Assembly (NCBI GenBank): GCA_913061285.1
Contig: CAJXVR010000004.1
Location: 1-59,498 of the forward strand
Reading direction: 5' to 3'
DNA length: 59,498 nucleotides
From: an uncultured Verrucomicrobiota bacterium
GTDB lineage: Bacteria > Verrucomicrobiota > Verrucomicrobiia > Limisphaerales > AAA164-E04
Shown here: positions 46,803-56,900 of the stretch, one piece after another
Layout of the letters: each line of letters starts with the position of its first letter
How positions within the stretch are numbered: the first letter of the stretch is position 1
Notes under the pieces: generated by a model
What the model was told of the DNA's origin: nothing
Database searches by the model: none
What the model saw: only the letters and a program-made list of their open reading frames with translations
Program-made: the position numbers and the translations under genes

Positions 46803-49151
46803 ATGATTGAGTCCCTTTCGAACTTGGGAATGGCTTGTCAGATTCGTTCGTTGCGATGGATGCTGGTTTGCTTGGTTGTTTGTGGTTCTGTATCTGCTGG
46901 GCCCATCGATTTTAGTCGAGATATCAGGCCTTTGCTTTCTGATCGTTGTTTTTTCTGTCATGGACCTGATGGTGAAGAACGTAAGGCCGACTTGCGATTG
47001 GACTTGGAGGAGGCGGCGAAACTGAGTCGGTCTGGTGTGGCGGCTATTGTTGCCGGAAGCCCAGAGAAAAGCGAATTGATCGCTAGAATCAAGACCCATG
47101 ATCGTGATGATCGCATGCCGCCTGTCGATTCCGGCAAATCACTTTCTGACGAGGAAGTTGCTCTGCTTGAGCGCTGGATTCTTGAGGGGGCTCCTTGGTC
47201 TGATCATTGGGCATACAAGTTGCCCGAACGGAGGCCAGCGCCAGCGACAGAAGAAACTGGTTGGGGACAAAACTGGATTGATGATTGGGTTCTATCGAAA
47301 CTTGAGGAGCGAGCGCTGGCACCTTCCAAGGATGCTGATCCCGTTACCTTGGTGCGTCGGCTCAGTTTTGATCTGACGGGGCTAGTACCTGAGCCCGAGA
47401 CCGTTGCTAGTTTTCAAAATGATCCTAGCCGGCAAGCCTATGGACGATTGGTAGACGCGTTCTTGGAGAGTCCTCAATTTGGCGAACGGATGGCGAGCTA
47501 CTGGCTAGATTTGGTTCGGTATGCAGACACGGTGGGCTATCACGGAGACCAAGATCACAATATCTCTCCCTACCGTGACTATGTGATTGATGCGTTCAAT
47601 GAGAATTTGTCGTTTGATCAGTTCACCATCGAGCAGCTTGCCGGAGACCTTCTGGCTGAGCCAACGATGGATCAGCTGATTGCGACCGGCTACAATCGGC
47701 TCTTGCAAACATCGCACGAAGGCGGTGTTCAGCAGAAAGAGTACTTGGCGATCTATGCTGCCGATCGAGTTCGCAATGTCTCAGGCGTGTGGCTTGGTGC
47801 TACTATGGGTTGCGCTCAGTGTCATGATCACAAGTATGATCCTATCACGAGTAAGGATTTCTACGCGATGCAGGCGTTTTTCTCGGATGTCGATGAGGTG
47901 AAACATTTCAAGAATGGCACCAATAATCTACCGACCCGGCGTGAACCTGAGATCGAAGTTCTAAGTAAGCGTGAGCGCTTAGTTGCGGCGATGATCGATC
48001 GAGAGATTGAGTCAGTATCAAAGAATCTCGTGGTTCCCGGGACCGGAGACGGATCGCTGGAAGGCTCACCCCGTCTAGAGACGCTTCGCGCGCTGAAGAA
48101 ACGAATCGAAGGAACGAAGCGAAAGGTGATGGTGACTCAATCGGTGGAACCCCGAACGATTCGGTTACTGCCAAGGGGGAACTGGCTCGACGATTCGGGA
48201 CCCGTCTTGCAGCCCGCGGTGCCCGAATTCCTAGGAGAACTCAAGGGTGCGGCAGATCAACGATCTACCCGGCTTGACCTAGCACGATGGTTGACGGATG
48301 CCGAAAACGGAGCTGGCTTACTGACCGCTCGCGTCTTTGTGAATCGATTCTGGTTTCTCATGTTTGGCTCCGGTCTTTCTCGGTCGCTGGATGATTTTGG
48401 AGGGCAAGGGGAACCGCCATACCATGGAGAGTTACTCGATCAGTTAGCCATTGAATTTGTTGATAGTGGTTGGGATGTGAAGCACATCTTTCGATTGATC
48501 GCTGGCAGCCGAACCTACCGTCAGGACTCGTTGGAAACCGAAGGCTTGAGAACAAGAGATCCCTACAATCAGCTCTTGGCCAGGCAGGCACGTTTCCGTC
48601 TTCCTGCTGAAGCCGTTCGAGATTCGCTGTTGCAGATTAGCGGGCTCTTGAATCACGAAATCGGCGGTGCGAGTGTGAAGCCCTATCAACCCGAGGGATA
48701 CTATCGACACCTCAATTTTCCGCCCCGCAAATACAAGGCACATTCAGACGGGCAGCAGTGGCGTCGTGGGGTTTACGTTCACTGGCAGCGACAATTCTTG
48801 CATCCGATGATGGCCGCGTTTGATGCGCCATCGCGCGAAGAGTGCACGTCCCAACGACCGGCATCTAATACGCCGGTTGCTGCCTTGGTCCTGCTGAATG
48901 ATCCGAGTTTTGTTGAGGCGGCTGAGGCCTTCGCCAAGCGGATTATGGAATTTGGTGGTCCCGAGCCGGAGGGGCGGTTGAGGTTTGCCTTTCAGCAAGC
49001 GCTCTCTCGGGACCCAGATGAGACAGAAATTGAAATTCTGAGCCGGCTCTTGTCGGGACCGGGCAACGATCTCGGCGAGTCGGAGAAACAGCATTGGGTC
49101 AGTGTGGCCCGTGCAATCTTGAATTTGAGTGAGGCCATTACAAGGCACTAG
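46803..49151 (+). CDS. Planctomycete cytochrome c / DUF1549 / DUF1553 (PSCyt1-PSCyt2-PSD1) protein
   Basis: CFFCHGPD, RMPP, WLDLVRYADT, CAQCHDHKYDP, ARVFVNRFW, ALVLLND. Start uncertain (46788-46830). Confidence 0.92.
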   Translation: MIESLSNLGMACQIRSLRWMLVCLVVCGSVSAGPIDFSRDIRPLLSDRCFFCHGPDGEERKADLRLDLEEAAKLSRSGVAAIVAGSPEKSELIARIKTHDRDDRMPPVDSGKSLSDEEVALLERWILEGAPWSDHWAYKLPERRPAPATEETGWGQNWIDDWVLSKLEERALAPSKDADPVTLVRRLSFDLTGLVPEPETVASFQNDPSRQAYGRLVDAFLESPQFGERMASYWLDLVRYADTVGYHGDQDHNISPYRDYVIDAFNENLSFDQFTIEQLAGDLLAEPTMDQLIATGYNRLLQTSHEGGVQQKEYLAIYAADRVRNVSGVWLGATMGCAQCHDHKYDPITSKDFYAMQAFFSDVDEVKHFKNGTNNLPTRREPEIEVLSKRERLVAAMIDREIESVSKNLVVPGTGDGSLEGSPRLETLRALKKRIEGTKRKVMVTQSVEPRTIRLLPRGNWLDDSGPVLQPAVPEFLGELKGAADQRSTRLDLARWLTDAENGAGLLTARVFVNRFWFLMFGSGLSRSLDDFGGQGEPPYHGELLDQLAIEFVDSGWDVKHIFRLIAGSRTYRQDSLETEGLRTRDPYNQLLARQARFRLPAEAVRDSLLQISGLLNHEIGGASVKPYQPEGYYRHLNFPPRKYKAHSDGQQWRRGVYVHWQRQFLHPMMAAFDAPSREECTSQRPASNTPVAALVLLNDPSFVEAAEAFAKRIMEFGGPEPEGRLRFAFQQALSRDPDETEIEILSRLLSGPGNDLGESEKQHWVSVARAILNLSEAITRH

Positions 49152-49181
49152 TGAGATGTTGGTTGAGTATTTGGACAAGGC

Positions 49182-50597
49182 ATGAACGAGCAGAAAATCA
49201 ATCGTCGGACCTTCTTGCAGCGGTCTGGCTTGAATCTAGGAACCGCTGCCCTTGCATCGTTGATTGGAGCAGAGCGGCCGAAGGTCTTAGGATCGACTAC
49301 TGGAGTGCCGGGACTTCCTCACCACTTCGCCCGGGCAAAGCGGGTTATTTTTCTTTGTATGGCGGGAGGTCCATCTCACTTGGAAACCTTCGACTACAAG
49401 CCGACTCTCGCAGCCCTCGATGGCAAACCGATGCCCGATTCCTATACGAAAGGGCAACCGATCGCTCAATTGCAAGGGACGGCCTTAAAATGCCAAGGCC
49501 CACTAACGCAGTTCAAGCGCTATGGGCAAAGTGGACAGCTTGTTAGTGATTTCCTGCCTTGGCACGCCAAGATGGCCGACGAAATAGCCGTTGTCAGGTC
49601 CATGGTGACGGAGCAGATCAATCATGATCCAGCCCATACCTTCATGAACACAGGGACGGGGATCAGCGGGCGCCCATCAATGGGTTCCTGGATTAACTAT
49701 GGTCTTGGGAGTGAATCATCGGACCTGCCCGGATTCGTCGTTTTGACGAGTGTCGGGGGGAGGAATCCGCAGCCTATCGCATCACGTCAGTGGTCGTCTG
49801 GGTTTCTACCGAGTCGATACCAAGGCGTAGAATTTCAGGCGAGCGGGGATCCAGTCAACTACGTGAAGAGTCCAAAAAACGTGACGACGCTGCAACAGGG
49901 CAAGCTCGTCAAGACGATCAATCAGTTGAACATGCATCGGAATCGTCGGTTGCAAGACCCGGAAGTTGAGACCCGTGTTGCTGCCTACGAGATGGCTTTT
50001 CGGATGCAAATGTCCGTCCCCGAATTGATGGATGTTTCTGGAGAGCCGGAGCATATACTGGAGATGTACGGGGCGAATCCAGGAGACGGCTCCTACGCGT
50101 CAAATTGCTTGCTCGCGCGGCGTTTGGCGGAGCGAGGGGTAAGGTTTATTCAGCTCTATCATCGTGGGTGGGATCATCATGGCGACCTCGTGAAGTATAT
50201 GAATACGTGCTGTGGATTGACCGACAAACCAACGTGGGCATTGCTAACGGATCTAAAGCAACGAGGTATGTTAGACGACACGCTGATCGTTTGGGGAGGC
50301 GAGTTTGGTCGAACCCCGATGTATCAAGGAAAAGGAGGGCCAGGACGGGATCATCATATCAAAGGGTTTTCCATGTGGCTTGCTGGGGGCGGAGTGAAAG
50401 GTGGAAGTCAATACGGGGCGACTGATGATTTAGGCTATCATGCGGTGGAGGACATTGTCCATGTGCGTGACTTGCATGCGACCATGTTGCATTTGCTAGG
50501 AATCGATCATCGGCACTTTTCTGTTCCCTTCCAAGGGCTTGATATGCGCCTGACAGGCGTGGAATCCTCTCGAGTGGTCAATGGAATCCTGAGTTAG
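49182..50597 (+). CDS. DUF1501 family protein with Tat signal
   Basis: NRRTFL twin-arginine; MAGGPSHLETFDYKP; ARRLAERGVRF; WDHH; GEFGRTP; GRDHH. Confidence 0.93.
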   Translation: MNEQKINRRTFLQRSGLNLGTAALASLIGAERPKVLGSTTGVPGLPHHFARAKRVIFLCMAGGPSHLETFDYKPTLAALDGKPMPDSYTKGQPIAQLQGTALKCQGPLTQFKRYGQSGQLVSDFLPWHAKMADEIAVVRSMVTEQINHDPAHTFMNTGTGISGRPSMGSWINYGLGSESSDLPGFVVLTSVGGRNPQPIASRQWSSGFLPSRYQGVEFQASGDPVNYVKSPKNVTTLQQGKLVKTINQLNMHRNRRLQDPEVETRVAAYEMAFRMQMSVPELMDVSGEPEHILEMYGANPGDGSYASNCLLARRLAERGVRFIQLYHRGWDHHGDLVKYMNTCCGLTDKPTWALLTDLKQRGMLDDTLIVWGGEFGRTPMYQGKGGPGRDHHIKGFSMWLAGGGVKGGSQYGATDDLGYHAVEDIVHVRDLHATMLHLLGIDHRHFSVPFQGLDMRLTGVESSRVVNGILS

Positions 50598-50724
50598 GCG
50601 AGTGATTTGCGTCCCGGTCCGCTGCTGGAGGCGATTGCCTCGGCAGATGGATTCAAATTGGGGCTATCGAAGGCAGTTTCCGCTTTTTTGCTTTCGCGAG
50701 TCCGGCTAGTTTGTTCCTACTTAT

Positions 50725-52140
50725 ATGGGTTTACGCTTATTCAATACTCTTGCTCGGCAGACGGAATCGTTTGAGCCGCTCGATCCAGACGGGAAGCAAG
50801 TTCGTCTTTATTGCTGTGGTCCAACGGTTCACGATTTCGCTCACATCGGAAACTTTCGAACCTTCGTTCTGACCGATCTCCTCTGCCGTTACCTCCGCTT
50901 TCGTGATTATGATGTCACACATGTGATGAATATCACCGATGTGGAGGACAAGATTATTGCACGAGTTAAGGAGGCTGGGGTGCCTCTTCGGGAATACACC
51001 TCCAAGTATGAGACGGCATTCTTTGAAGATCTCGCAGCCCTGGGGTGCGCTTCTCCTCAGCATGTCCCTCATGCCACTGATTATATCCCAGAGATCATCG
51101 ATCTTATCAGCAAGCTGGTTGAACGCGGGATTGCCTACCGCACGTCAGACGGGTCGGTCTACTTCAGTATCCAAAAATATAAAGACCTCGGACACGTCTA
51201 CGGTCAGTTGACGAAAGTCGATTTTGAGCAAATGCGGCCTGGAGCCCGTGTGACGGACGATGAGTATGAAAAAGATGCCGTTGCAGATTTTGCACTGTGG
51301 AAAGCGCGGGTTGCCGGGGACGGCGACGTTTTCTGGGAAAGCCCCTGGGGAGAAGGGCGTCCGGGGTGGCATGTCGAATGTAGTGCCATGAGTATGAAAC
51401 TCCTTGGCCCAAGCTTTGACCTTCATCTGGGGGGAGAAGACTTAGTCTTTCCTCACCATGAAGATGAGATTGCCCAGAGTGAAGGAGGCTGTCAGCACCA
51501 GGGGGGGGATAAATTCGTTCGTTACTGGGTGCATGGGGCCCACTTGCTGGTGGAGGGAAAGAAGATGTCGAAATCCCTGGGGAACTTTTTCACGCTGAGA
51601 GATCTGTTGGAACAGGGATACACTGGAAGAGAAGTGCGGTTCGTACTGATTTCATCTCATTACCGGGAGACCTTTAACTTCACCATCGATGGACTAAAGG
51701 GAGGTAAAACCGCCCTTCGACGAATTGATGATTGTGTCGAAAAGTTGGAAAGCTTAGCTGGTGGTGGGGAGGCGTCTGCGGATCCTGAACTACTCAAAAA
51801 CTTTACCGAAGCGCTTGACGATGACCTTAATGTTTCGTCTGGCTGGGCTGTGATCTTTGACTGGGTTCGCGAAATGAACCGGAAGATGAATGATCAGTCT
51901 CTAGGTGCTGAGCTAGCCGCTGCGAACCTTGCCGCATGGCGCAAGATTGAAGAGGCGCTTGGGATTAAGGGAGAGGCTGGTGACGACACTCCGAAAGAGA
52001 TTCTTGATCTGATGAGTGAGCGGCAAGAAGTACGCAAACAGAAGAACTTTCAGCGGGCTGATGAGATTCGGGATGAGTTGCTTGCAGCGGGGTGGACCAT
52101 CGAAGACACTCCTGAAGGGCCGCGTGCAAAGCGAGCTTGA
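50725..52140 (+). CDS. cysS: Cysteine--tRNA ligase
   Basis: YCCGPTV, AHIGN, NITDVEDKII, DFALWK, GRPGWHVECSAM, FPHHEDE, KMSKSLGNF. Confidence 0.98.
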   Translation: MGLRLFNTLARQTESFEPLDPDGKQVRLYCCGPTVHDFAHIGNFRTFVLTDLLCRYLRFRDYDVTHVMNITDVEDKIIARVKEAGVPLREYTSKYETAFFEDLAALGCASPQHVPHATDYIPEIIDLISKLVERGIAYRTSDGSVYFSIQKYKDLGHVYGQLTKVDFEQMRPGARVTDDEYEKDAVADFALWKARVAGDGDVFWESPWGEGRPGWHVECSAMSMKLLGPSFDLHLGGEDLVFPHHEDEIAQSEGGCQHQGGDKFVRYWVHGAHLLVEGKKMSKSLGNFFTLRDLLEQGYTGREVRFVLISSHYRETFNFTIDGLKGGKTALRRIDDCVEKLESLAGGGEASADPELLKNFTEALDDDLNVSSGWAVIFDWVREMNRKMNDQSLGAELAAANLAAWRKIEEALGIKGEAGDDTPKEILDLMSERQEVRKQKNFQRADEIRDELLAAGWTIEDTPEGPRAKRA

Positions 52141-52203
52141 ATTTTGCGCTTGGGTAGTTCAGCGTGTGGAGAATTGAAGATTGGGAACAGATTGTTCGTT
52201 GAG

Positions 52204-53154
52204 ATGAAATATTTAAGTCGTTACGCTGTGGTGTCTCTCCTCCTTTGTTGTATTGGAGGCGTCACAGCACAAAAGGCCGCAGAGAACAAGAATGCCGGCA
52301 AGCCTGCAGCGCAAGTGCCCTATCAGGTTCCAACCCCTCTTCGTCCTCCCGCTGTTCAAAAACCGGCAACCCAAAGGGCAACCCCAACCCGGTATCGGCA
52401 GTATTCTGAGGACAAGACGCTCACTTATGATGCAACGATCAAGGAGATATATCCCGATCCAGGTGTGGAGACAGGGGAACTTTTTTTTCACGTAAAGAAT
52501 GAATCGAAGAAGCCGGTTACGATCACTCAGATTCGCCCTTCTTGTGGTTGTACCTTAGCAGAGAGCCCTGATCTCCCTTGGATTCTCAATCCTGGTGATG
52601 GCGATCGAATTAATCTTTCAATCAATCTTAAAGGGAAGCGTGGTACGTTAACCAAATCGGTCTCAGTTTATAGTACCGCAGGGCGAAAATACCTGACGTT
52701 CAAGGTGCACTTGTCCAATCCTACGGCGGACGGAAAGAATGGCAAACTTGCTAAGATGACGATGAGTGATCGTTTGCGAAATATGCAAATTGCTGCCAAG
52801 GACAGACAGGCGGTCTTCAAGAACAATTGCAAATCTTGTCACTACGACGCTGCTTTGAATAAGAAGGGAGAGGATTTGTTTGTCGCAGCCTGCGGCATTT
52901 GTCATGAGACTCCAAATCGAGCCACGATGGTGCCAGACCTTTCGATTGCCAAGGCTGGTATCAAGCGGGACGAAGCCTATTGGAGTCTTTGGATTACTCA
53001 TGGAAAAGCCGGGACGCTCATGCCTGCTTTTCATCAGGGGCAAGGTGGTCCGCTTACCAACGATCAAATCAAGGATCTGTCGTCTTATATGGTACAACGA
53101 TTTCCGAATGCCCCTGCCGATGCGAAGACTGCTCCCGTTACGATCAAGCAATAA
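52204..53154 (+). CDS. Secreted DUF1573 (Ig-like) domain protein fused to two c-type heme motifs
   Basis: Signal peptide from ATG 52204; KNESKKPVTITQIRPSCGCT (DUF1573); CKSCH and CGICH; LMPAF distal Met motif. Confidence 0.8.
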   Translation: MKYLSRYAVVSLLLCCIGGVTAQKAAENKNAGKPAAQVPYQVPTPLRPPAVQKPATQRATPTRYRQYSEDKTLTYDATIKEIYPDPGVETGELFFHVKNESKKPVTITQIRPSCGCTLAESPDLPWILNPGDGDRINLSINLKGKRGTLTKSVSVYSTAGRKYLTFKVHLSNPTADGKNGKLAKMTMSDRLRNMQIAAKDRQAVFKNNCKSCHYDAALNKKGEDLFVAACGICHETPNRATMVPDLSIAKAGIKRDEAYWSLWITHGKAGTLMPAFHQGQGGPLTNDQIKDLSSYMVQRFPNAPADAKTAPVTIKQ

Positions 53155-53222
53155 CGGCAATTTCAGAAAACACTTCTTGCGCTCACTGTGGGAGGGGTTT
53201 GCCGTTTTGATGTGAATCTGTG

Positions 53223-53870
53223 ATGCGACAAGGGAGCTTCATTACGTTTGAGGGTACGGAAGGCGCAGGAAAGTCTACTCAAATACGGATTCTCGAACAC
53301 CGCTTGAAGGATTCTGGTTTCGACGTTTGCTCTGTGCGAGAGCCGGGAGGCACCCAGGCCGGCGAACGGATTCGCGAAATCCTGAAAGATCCTGATCTCA
53401 AGGGGCAGCTCACACCTGAGGCGGAGCTATTTTTAGTGAGTGCCTGTCGGGCCGAACTCGTCCGGAGTGTCATTCGACCGGCGCTAAAAGCAGGTAAGAT
53501 TGTCCTCTGTGATCGTTTCTTTGATTCTACTCTCGCCTATCAAGGCTTTGGTCGCGGACTGGATCTGGCGCAATTGCAGGCGATTATCGGCTACTCAGTC
53601 GGTGAAACTCGCCCAGATCTGACCCTTTTTATTGATATCCCTTTAGATGTCAGTCTTCTTCGCCGGTCGGCTCGAGCTCAAGCTGCGAGCGGTGAGCCAA
53701 CGACTGATCGCTTCGAATTATCAGGGGATGGATTTTTCACAAGAGTTGAGAATGGATTTCGAGAACTTGCGGCCATGGCTCCCGAGCGTATTCGGTCAAT
53801 CGATGGGCAGGGGAGTCAAGATGAGGTTGCTGCGCTCATTTGGGATGCGGTGGTGAAACTGCGACTCTAG
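53223..53870 (+). CDS. tmk: Thymidylate kinase
   Basis: FITFEGTEGAGKSTQ, REPGGT, LCDRFFDSTLAYQG, PDLT, DRFE. Confidence 0.97.
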   Translation: MRQGSFITFEGTEGAGKSTQIRILEHRLKDSGFDVCSVREPGGTQAGERIREILKDPDLKGQLTPEAELFLVSACRAELVRSVIRPALKAGKIVLCDRFFDSTLAYQGFGRGLDLAQLQAIIGYSVGETRPDLTLFIDIPLDVSLLRRSARAQAASGEPTTDRFELSGDGFFTRVENGFRELAAMAPERIRSIDGQGSQDEVAALIWDAVVKLRL

Positions 53871-53939
53871 TCGGAGGAAGCCCTGATCGACCGTTCGATC
53901 CAAATCACGGTTTATTGCTTGAAGGGTTCATTAAACTAG

Positions 53940-53971
53940 AAACGCCCGATTGCGTTAGCAATCGGGCGTTT
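53940..53971. terminator. Hairpin between convergent tmk and PFOR, likely bidirectional terminator
   Basis: Perfect 14-bp stem AAACGCCCGATTGC-GTTA-GCAATCGGGCGTTT. Confidence 0.8.
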
Positions 53972-53999
53972 GTGTCAGTGATTAATGACCCTGTTGGGG

Positions 54000-56900
54000 C
54001 TAGCCAATGGCTGCAAGCTCAGCCTCAAAGAGCTCTCGAGTCTTGCCTTGCAGTTCCTCGAGCGCGATTTCGTTGCTGTCGACCTTCTTAAGAAGGGCCT
54101 TTTGGGCTAGGTAGTCTTTATTGATAATCCCGGCTTTGCTTTGCAGCATGCGCCATGCTTTTCTTCGCTCGACTGCGAAGAGAACCATTTGCCGAGACAC
54201 CGTATAGAACTTTGTTTTTCCGTTGAACTCTGATTTGAAGTATACACCAAAATCAGGGACGTACGACCGGTGGTCCTGCTTGAACACCCGGCGGTTAATC
54301 ACGTCGTCTTGATTGATGCAGACTAGCATATCGTCCATGTGAATGAACTCTTGAGCCTGTTCTTCAGAGATTGCTTTGAGATGCTTTCGGAACCTTGCTT
54401 CCGTGAGAGCCCAATGGGCGACTGTGAAGTTGTATTTGTCACCTGTAGACTTGAACTTCGCTTCCCACCAATCTCTTGCCAATGAAGGGTTACCCTTCAG
54501 GCTGAATGCTTCTTGAGAGGTTTCACCCACTTGAGGGTTGTAGACGAACTCTGGCATTCCGCGTGCGTCTCGAACCATCTTGGCTTGATCGGCAGACATA
54601 TTGTCAGCAACACCGTGCTCTGGTTGGCATGTGGTGTAGGCTTGGTAGAAGGCGGTTCCACGGTATTCCAGCCCATCGAGCATCGCTCGGTAGAGCTTCG
54701 CTGCGTTTGCCATCGAGACCTGAGCAACGAATGGTGAACCATGGCCAGAGGTGAATGCCTCAGCGACATTCTTCTTCTCAATCAGTTTGCCTTGGGACGC
54801 TTGTCCGAATTGATTCATATCGTATCCACCCAACATGGTTGACGAATCTGAATTCTGTCCGCCGGTGTTGGAGTAGACTTGCGTATCGAGCATCAAGATC
54901 TTGACGTTTGGTCGGTTCTGCAGAACGACTTTAGAGACGTTCTGGAAACCAATATCTCCGAGAGCCCCATCACCACCGATGACCCAGACCTTCGGCAATT
55001 CCCTGATTTCTTGATCTGTCATCAAGGTATCGTCCAGACGAGTCAGTGTGAAATACTCAGCCTCTGAGATCACATCCTCGTCCCGCGTCAAAAGATTCGT
55101 CGCGAGACGTTCCGGGGCGACCGAGCGCCGTGCGTGGTTCACCACCAAGGATTCGCCGAGCAACCAGCTGATTGTCGAGCCGTCTTGGAAGAGGGAGTTC
55201 ATCCAAGGATAGGGGTGAGGATTCGATGGGGGGGTTGATCCGTAAACGGTGTTACAACCGGTGCTTGCTCCCATGAACATGACTGATTGTCCATTGGGGA
55301 TACGTCCGTCGATTGCTTGGAGCTCCTTGTGGTTGAAGGCGTCCGTTCGCATGACCGCGCAAAGACCATCAATGATCTCTTGGTCGCTGATTTCACCGTG
55401 TTCGGCGATGCGAGATTTGGTGTCGGCATCTGACTCTCCGCCGAGTCCCATGATGACGTGAGCGATCGACTGGCGATAGAGATCATATTCGTCGCTACTT
55501 CGATCCCGGAGTTTAGCTAGTTTTTCTGGTCCTTCCGCTTGGAGGCGGTCTGCAAGAGCACGGAGTCGATCCGCTTTCTTGTGATAGAGCGGACGCATGT
55601 AGGCTTCGGTCACCGAACCGACCGCACGCAGAATGCTCTTCTCACCACAACCTGCACAAGCACCATCCCCAGAGACGAGCGCCTCGTAGTTTCGTCGTAC
55701 CATGAGGTGATTCCGGAGAGCCGCTTCACGCGAACTTTCGGGTGTCTCATCTTGATATAGGCCGAGATACTTTTGGTTGGTGTCAGGTAACAAGCGAGAA
55801 AAGATCTGCGCAGTCGTGAGCTCTGAATTGAGTTCTTCGGTTTCTTCCGTCATTCGCAGAGCATCATGGTCACCGCAGACCTGGACGCACTCGCCACAAC
55901 CTTTACAGAGATCAGAGACGAAGATCGAAAACAGGCCGCCTTCACCGGGGTTCTTCTTCTCGATCGATCGGAAAATGGCTGGCACGGCTGAATATGCGAG
56001 CGGTAGCAGGTCGATAATTTTGGTGAACTCGTCCTTCGTGGCTTGATTCAAGACCTCAAGGGCACTGACTTCCTCTCGGATAATCTTGTTGAAGGGGAGT
56101 TTCTCCTTGGCAGCGACAGCCGCTACCATTTTTGCACGGGCTCGTTCTTCGATGCCTGGAAGTTCCCCAATGAGGATCGTTTGCTGTTCCTTATCGCTGA
56201 TGTAGTTCCTAGCGGCGGTTAGCAAGACGGTTTTAACCTCCTGTGCCGTGTTAGGAAGAGCCGTGTCAGGGCAGGCCGTGATACATTCCATGCACTGAGT
56301 GCAATTCTCTGCGATATAAACCGGCGTTTCCCGACGAGCGACATACTTAGATGCCGTAGCACCCGTGCCAGATCCCATGATGCCAATAGACGCAAGGGCT
56401 CCGGCTGGTTGGTGATAACCTAGTCCATTGCGGTATTCACTATCGAATTTAGAGAGCATCGCGTAGGGTGCTCGCTCGGTCTGTTCCTCTGGCGGAGCGC
56501 AGGTGCCACAGCCGCTCGCTTCGCAGCCAGCAGTGGCAGGAATCTGATGCTCGCCCATTGGGATGACAGGCGGCTTCCGCATGCTCGACGTATCGGGGTC
56601 TTCGATTTCGCCGTACTTGATTTCGACGACTCGATTAAAACCTTGCGTCATGACTTCCATGTTGGAATTCACGACTGCCTCTCCAAAGCGTCCGAACTTC
56701 TTCTCATACTGGTTTCTAACCGTTTCCCGGTAATTCTCTTCAGTAATATCGTTGTCAGCTAGGAAGCTGGATACGCGGAAGAACGCTCCGAGGAACGAGT
56801 TGCCTTGCATGCGCAATTGGAGATCAGCTCGATCGGTCGCTTTCTTTGCTACATCGAATCCTGGAAGGATAAAGACCCGGATTTTGTTGTCGCGGATGAA

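Noticed and set aside
53153-53206. Terminator between the cytochrome gene and tmk (AACGGCAA / TTGCCGTT)
   Set aside because: 8-bp arms are about 38 nt apart with weak internal pairing; not a convincing intrinsic terminator.
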